From the NCBI RefSeq assembly GCF_001194135.2, contig NC_068986.1:2154499-2196243 (forward strand): 41,745 nt of DNA, read 5' to 3'. Position numbers and translations under genes: made by a program. The notes beneath the pieces are model-generated. The model had not been told where the DNA came from. It ran no database searches and worked only from the letters and a program-made list of their open reading frames with translations. How positions within the stretch are numbered: the first letter of the stretch is position 1; each line of letters starts with the position of its first letter. This DNA is from Octopus bimaculoides. Its lineage: Eukaryota. This document shows, in pieces, positions 35,307 through 41,745 of this stretch.

Positions 35307-35712
35307 CGCACACACATTGCTACACACTTGCATACACATTTCTTTGCTAAAATACCTGTTTAATTTTTCACAAGATGTCTGCCGCAGTCTTCTTTCAAAC
35401 TAGATTTCTGACCGGCTTCTCACATATTTTATTTATTTAGTCATTCATTTATTTATTTCGAGTTGTCTTCTTTATTTGAAAATGTTATTTTTATTTACCT
35501 TGTTTTTTCAATCTTGCTGAATCCAACCAAAACCTGTGTCTATTCATCAAATTTATTTCTAGTTTTTTTTAACTATCTTTTTATAAATTTTTGTTTTATT
35601 TCATTTTAATTTATTTAAAATTTGTTTATGTATTCTTTTTTTTCTCTTTGTGATCTTCCTTCTTGCTATCTTCGACATTAAAAAAAAAAGATTTGCTTTC
35701 ATTTTGTTGTTG

Positions 35713-35747
<35 letters not shown>

Positions 35748-36329
35748 GTCTTGTCTTCTCGACTCTTCATCCTGGCTTTTCTTTCATCTTCTTGCTCCAC
35801 CCACTATTTTCTCTAGAAATTTTCTTTCCAACTATTCAGAATTAAAAACAGCCTCCAGCATGGAGATTGGTCTCCAACCAACACAGTCAAAGACACACTC
35901 ACACGACACAGTAACCTGCAGTCGTAAATATACCTCCAGGCGCTTTCCAAGATAACACTCACTTTCAGTTTTTCTTTGAGAAAAGAAGGATATCAATTTC
36001 TTTCTTATCTTTCTTTTTTAACCAGGTACAAGGTCATAAAATTTATAGTGGATGGAGGAATGGGAAGTTGTGATAGTCATATCTTTCTCAATGATCTTAA
36101 GTAATGAAAGTGGAACAAAATGGTTTCGACCAGGAATCCAATGCAACTCGGCCTGTTTCTCTCGCTGAGAGCTTGCACTTAAAATTTACATCACTTAAGA
36201 GACAGAGTCATTTCTATTCATTTGACAAGTTTCGTAGGAGAACTATATCGAAGTGGAATTGAAAGCTGTATTATACATCTCTTTACCGAGGCCATGAGTA
36301 ATGTAAATTATCTTCTTTCATTCTTTTCT

Positions 36330-36530
36330 TTGTTTCAGTCTTTGACTGCGGCGATACTGGAGCACCACCTTTAGTCGAACAAATCGACCCCAAGACTTAT
36401 TATTTGTAAGCCTGGTACTTATTCTATCGGTTTTTGTTTTGCCACACCGCTAAGTTGCAGGGACGTAAACACACCAACATCGGTTGTCAAGCGATGGTGG
36501 AGAACAAACACAGACACACAAACATATACA
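36330..36530 (+). mobile_element. SINE-like family C
   Basis: tttgactgcggcgatactggagcaccacctttagtcgaac...ggtacttattctatcgg...cggttgtcaagcgatggtgg, ending in an AC/TA-rich tail. Two other copies are present in the window. Confidence 0.75.
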
Positions 36531-36784
36531 TACATATTATTATTATTATTATTATTAGTCTTTAAGACTCTTCATCCTGGCTTTTCTTTCATCTTGCTCC
36601 ACCCACTATTTTCTCTAGAAATTTTCTTTCCAACTATTCAGAAAGAAGTCCGTCGTATTGTTTGCAATGTCCTGTACCCAGATATGCACCTATACATACA
36701 GGTGGATGTCGGTATGCACATACCTGTACGTATATATGCATATACTCATTTACTATTTGTATATATATATATATTCCTTTTATT

Positions 36785-36980
36785 ATAGGCACAAGGCCTG
36801 AAATTTTGTGAGAGGGTATTGCCAAGAACAAAGAACTAAGTACTCAAATGGTACTTAATTTATCGACCCAGAAGGATGAAAGGCAAAACCGACCTCCGTA
36901 GAATTTTAACTCAGAACGTAAAGCCGAAGGAAATGCCGCAAAACATTTTTGTCCGGCGTACGAACGATTCCACCAGCTGG
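36785..36980 (-). mobile_element. Family A SINE
   Basis: ggtacttaatttatcgacccagaaggatgaaaggcaaaaccgacctcc...aactcagaacgtaaag...gattccaccagct is the reverse complement of family A. Confidence 0.8.
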
Positions 36981-38205
36981 GAATCATAAGGTAAATTAAG
37001 TATAATAACTTCAACTATTGATCGAAACCAGTGTTTGATCTCCGTTTGTCAAATGATAATAGCTGCTCACCATCCACCGAAAGTATTTTGACACGAATTG
37101 TTGCAAAGTGACAGCAAAATAAAAACAGATTTCTTTTATTTTTCCACATGATGTAGTCTGGAAAATAAGAAGACATTCAGCGACAATTTTCCGGCAGTTT
37201 GTGTTTCCGAGAGGAAGGGTAAGAGCTATCCTGGATCTCTGACCAAAATGCTTGCAACAGAGTGTACTCCCAAGGGCGTGTGGTGCTATGAAAGCAGTTT
37301 TCAGATTAAGCCTGGTACCCAAGAACTGTTGCAGTTTCTCCAGTGGCCTTCCTTACAGTTCTCAAACTAAGCTTCCGCACAGCTTCCATCTACCAAATTT
37401 CACTCGCAAGGCTTAATATTTAAATGTAGCTTAATTTAAATGACTATGTGGTTAAAAACTTCGTTTTGAAATTGCGTTATTTGGGCAAGTGTCTTCTACT
37501 ACGGCCTCAAGCTTTGTGAAACTGTAGACAAACTCGTTTCTGTTCTAGAGTGGTAGACTTAATACGTCACCCGGTCTAACACTAACACCACATGGCGATA
37601 AGTACATTTAGAAGACTTTGCTCTGTTGCAAACTTTCTAGCTAGGACCTAGGACACGGCCTTACAGTATCGTCCACATCTTCCTAACTGTCACGGAGGCT
37701 CTTGAAAAAAATTACTGTCCTCTTTGACATTGGATACTGTCCTTTCTGCTTTGACTTAACGATAATAAAATATAGGGAGAGGTGGGCCCAGTTAATTATT
37801 CAAACATAAAAAAAAAAAAATTTGAAAGTCAGTTTGAAGATGAAGTGATCAGTTTTAGATTCTAGTTGAATCAAATTCTAGGCTCGACTACATTTTAAGC
37901 CGAAAAAGCCGACCTAGAATCAATGCAACCGTATATTAATTAAACATTTTAAATATGCGGCATAGATCGAAAGAAAGGCACCCATAAACATTGATACAGA
38001 AACACGGTCATGCACATGTATACAATACTCCTCATCCTTCATCTCCTCTTCCTCCACTCTTTCTCGTCGTCCTCCTCCTTCTGTTCATCATCATCATCAT
38101 CATCATAAGAGAAACAACAGCAGTGACAATGATAAATTGTAGGGTGTAAATATCAGGTGTAAATGGTATCGGATGTAAATACATGTGTCTTGAGGAATAC
38201 AATAG

Positions 38206-38245
<40 letters not shown>

Positions 38246-38962
38246 ACTATTTCTCTTGTTCATTCTTGAACGAGAAGACCCATTTATGCTCAACGACATT
38301 CCAAACCTTAGTCGTCTCATGATGAAAGCTATTCTCGTCGCAAACNNNNNNNNNNNNNNNNNNNNNNNNNNNNNNNNNNNNNNNNNNNNNNNNNNNNNNN
38401 NNNNNNNNNNNNNNNNNNNNNNNNNNNNNNNNNNNNNNNNNNNNNNNNNNNNNNNNNNNNNNNNNNNNNNNNNNNNNNNNNNNNNNNNNNNNNNNNNNNN
38501 NNNNNNNNNNNNNNNNNNNNNNNNNNNNNNNNNNNNNNNNNNNNNNNNNNNNNNNNNNNNNNNNNNNNNNNNNNNNNNNNNNNNNNNNNNNNNNNNNNNN
38601 NNNNNNNNNNNNNNNNNNNNNNNNNNNNNNNNNNNNNNNNNNNNNNNNNNNNNNNNNNNNNNNNNNNNNNNNNNNNNNNNNNNNNNNNNNNNNNNNNNNN
38701 NNNNNNNNNNNNNNNNNNNNNNNNNNNNNNNNNNNNNNNNNNNNNNNNNNNNNNNNNNNNNNNNNNNNNNNNNNNNNNNNNNNNNNNNNNNNNNNNNNNN
38801 NNNNNNNNNNNNNNNNNNNNNNNNNNNNNNNNNNNNNNNNNNNNNNNNNNNNNNNNNNNNNNNNNNNNNNNNNNNNNNNNNNNNNNNNNNNNNNNNNNNN
38901 NNNNNNNNNNNNNNNNNNNNNNNNNNNNNNNNNNNNNNNNNNNNNNNNNNNNNNNNNNNNNN

Positions 38963-39053
<91 letters not shown>

Positions 39054-39541
39054 ACATGTAAATTATCTTTACAATTACAAGCAAAGTACTGTTAAAGTTG
39101 TAAAATATAATTTATGAACATTCTGTGTACCGCGCGCGCGCACATATACACACACGCACACACAAGCAGACGTATACATTCATGTGTGTGTATGTGTACG
39201 TGTGTCCGCTGTAAATCTGCCTAGCTACCGGTCCACACCACATTCATTTCGTTTCAATGTCTCTAACACTGTCTCTTTCTCACACTCTATCACTCTCTCA
39301 CACATTATCACTCTCTCACGCTTTCCTTTTCGCCCTTCATTCTCCTATATTTCCTTATTCATCCACTATTTTTCTACTCCCATAATTACGACATCTTTCT
39401 CCGCCCCTAAAATTATTTTATCTCTATTTACTTATCCAGTTTCGCCCGCCTTTTATACAAATATACATAAACATATGAACTAATATATACATAACATTCA
39501 TATATACATGCATATGCATATATATAGATACATAAACATAT

Positions 39542-39611
<70 letters not shown>

Positions 39612-39789
39612 CTATATATCTATCTATCTACATATATATATATATATATATAATGTGCGTATATAATCATGTTTCCATAGGGGTGCCGCTGTGATATCCG
39701 TCGTGTTTCGGACATTTCAACTTGCAGATCGTCACCCTTCGAGTCTCAGGTGATCACAGCCAATTTCTTTCAGAGAGAAAGAGAGAGCA

Positions 39790-39945
39790 AAGGACATACC
39801 CGAATGCTAGACGGGGACTTTTCTTGTAGACCCGGAAATGATGAACAGCTAAGTTGAGCACGGCAGGATTTGAACTCGGTGCGCAGACTTGAGACCCAAA
39901 TCATTCTGTCCGATGCTCTAATGACTCTACCAAATCGGCGATGAA
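39790..39945 (-). mobile_element. Degenerate family A-like SINE
   Basis: ggcaggatttgaactc...ctgtccgatgctctaatgactctaccaaatcggcg resembles the reverse complement of the family A head. Confidence 0.5.
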
Positions 39946-39956
39946 TATATGCATGT

Positions 39957-40033
<77 letters not shown>

Positions 40034-40805
40034 AATATATGTGTGTGCATGTGTGTGTGTGTGTGTATGTGTACGTATATGTATGTATGTTTAATCCCGT
40101 TTTTGTCGTCTCTGCTAGTTACGCTGTGGCACAGCGTGAAACAGGATAATTTCACTAAGGTTGTGATCCTAAACAGCTCCGCAGTACCTTACAACAGCCC
40201 CGCATGAGCCACCTCACTGTCTGTACGTGTGTGTGTGTGTGTTAAACTGAAACCCTTTCCACGTCTTTTTCTTCTTTTTTTTTATTGGCAGAACCACGCC
40301 CATCACATGCTGATGAGTAGGCTCTTACACGGATTGCATCCGGATGTGACGATCTTCTTTCAACTTGATCGCCGGCTGCTGTCAGCTGAAGCGAACAACG
40401 CGTTGACACTTACTGGAGAATAATAAATACGGTACCGGTAATAGTGATGATGGTGATGGTGATGGTAGAGTGATGTTAGAGTAAGCGGGAGGATGAGGAG
40501 AAAAATGGGGAAGGCGCAAGGAGAAGAAGAAGAAGGAGAAGGAGACAGAAGTGAGAGAAAAGAGAACGTGTGGGTGAGAATGCGGTTATGGTGTTGGCAA
40601 GATGGCTGCGACCCACCATTATCATTCGAACGCCATGAAAGATGAGCAACATTGCTGAAGACTTAGTAAAACGAAGACAGAGGTCTAGTGAGTGTGAGTG
40701 AGAATGGAAGAGTGTTTAATGACATCTATAGAGGTAAGGGTGGATGTGTATATAAGCGCTCATATGCTTATACACACATACGAGCTTACATATCGATCTT
40801 GTAAA

Positions 40806-40840
<35 letters not shown>

Positions 40841-41072
40841 TTTATTGTTGATACAAGTTGGGTGTGTGTTGCGTACCCTTAATAAATGGAAAAAAATGCA
40901 TTGTAAATAAGCAACGACAGGTAAAAAGCGTATACGTAAACTGAGAGTACAACCGGACGGGAGAGAGACACAGAAGGTCCCTAATTCGGTTATCAACCAA
41001 ATAGTAATACTAAATTTCGCATCATGCACATGTTTTTTTATCTGTCGTTGTTTATTTACAATGTATTATTTC

Positions 41073-41112
<40 letters not shown>

Positions 41113-41301
41113 CGAATTATTTTAGACAGACAGGCTGTCACATAGACAGGTAGGCAGACAGATAGATGGGCAGATACATGAGCTAGCTGACTACCTGCCT
41201 GTCAAAATAGGTGTACTGATAAAACACGATAATGATAAAATAAATTTTTGTTCTGAAATGTGTAAGGTGAAATGTGCAGGGAGCAGCGATAGCTAGCCAG
41301 C

Positions 41302-41359
<58 letters not shown>

Positions 41360-41372
41360 TTCAGAAAGAGAG

Positions 41373-41428
<56 letters not shown>

Positions 41429-41745
41429 NNNNNNNNNNNNNNNNNNNNNNNNNNNNNNNNNNNNNNNNCGGGCGAGTTTACGTTACCGGTACTTAAAGAA
41501 AATAGTTGAAATCTATCCTAAGAACCGACAATCGCTAGTAGTGCATGGTTAAGTGCGCGCGCGCGCGTGCATGGTTAAGTGCGCGCGCGCGCGTGCATGG
41601 ACGACTGAGCGAGTGTTTGTGTGCATGTGCATATCTATGCAATTATATGTGAATATGTGTATGTAACTCTGCACTGTATACGTCATCATTATTATGTTAA
41701 ATAAGCCTTGTATCAAGCACAAATGCATACGCACGCACTCATATA

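Larger units (their letters stand above)
2080..41468. other. Assembly gaps (N runs): 2080-2808, 4049-4075, 7908-8843, 9398-9407, 9897-10849, 15712-15783, 24891-24974, 28927-28984, 34360-34789, 38346-38962, 41429-41468
   Basis: Most gaps abut (TA)n, (TG)n, (GA)n or triplet repeats, as is typical of a short-read draft assembly. Confidence 0.98.

Noticed and set aside
35790-35900. Minus-strand WRPISML...KFLEKIV, reminiscent of a LINE reverse-transcriptase motif
   Set aside because: It contains an internal stop, the motif spacing is off and there are no flanking RT motifs.
37011-37322. 103-aa minus-strand ORF
   Set aside because: No convincing domain; it abuts decayed SINE sequence.
38145-38345. 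Minus-strand poly-Q short ORF next to a gap
   Set aside because: It is a (CAG)12 microsatellite with no compatible splice donor, and it cannot be linked to the gene.
41541-41600. 26-bp tandem duplication containing (GC)n
   Set aside because: Simple slippage or assembly duplication near a contig end; there are no spacers, so it is not CRISPR-like.
1-41745. CRISPR arrays, operons or prokaryotic defence systems
   Set aside because: The sequence is intron-rich eukaryotic DNA and contains no repeat-spacer array.

Overview
AT-rich, microsatellite- and SINE-dense animal genomic DNA with about 4 kb of N gaps. The repeat families and simple-repeat load look like an octopus/cephalopod draft assembly (inference). 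The one well-supported gene is a minus-strand, multi-exon class I bHLH-PAS transcription factor of the NPAS4/dysfusion/CKY-1 family. I could join eight phase-compatible GT-AG exons by hand (25974 down to 12556) that encode bHLH, PAS-A, PAS-B/PAC and a very large (3878-nt) low-complexity C-terminal exon. The first coding exon and the last exon are less certain. The model would give about 1640 aa, roughly twice vertebrate NPAS4. The rest is introns and flanks with at least three to five SINE-like families, a 5'-end fragment of a Tc1-like transposon, a possible mariner relic and many microsatellites. The most unusual non-genic signal is a series of local fold-back palindromes, inverted duplications and templated short copies in the introns. 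One is an exact 62-bp copy of the gene's own coding sequence inserted with a 7-bp duplication. I found no CRISPR array, operon or prokaryotic system.
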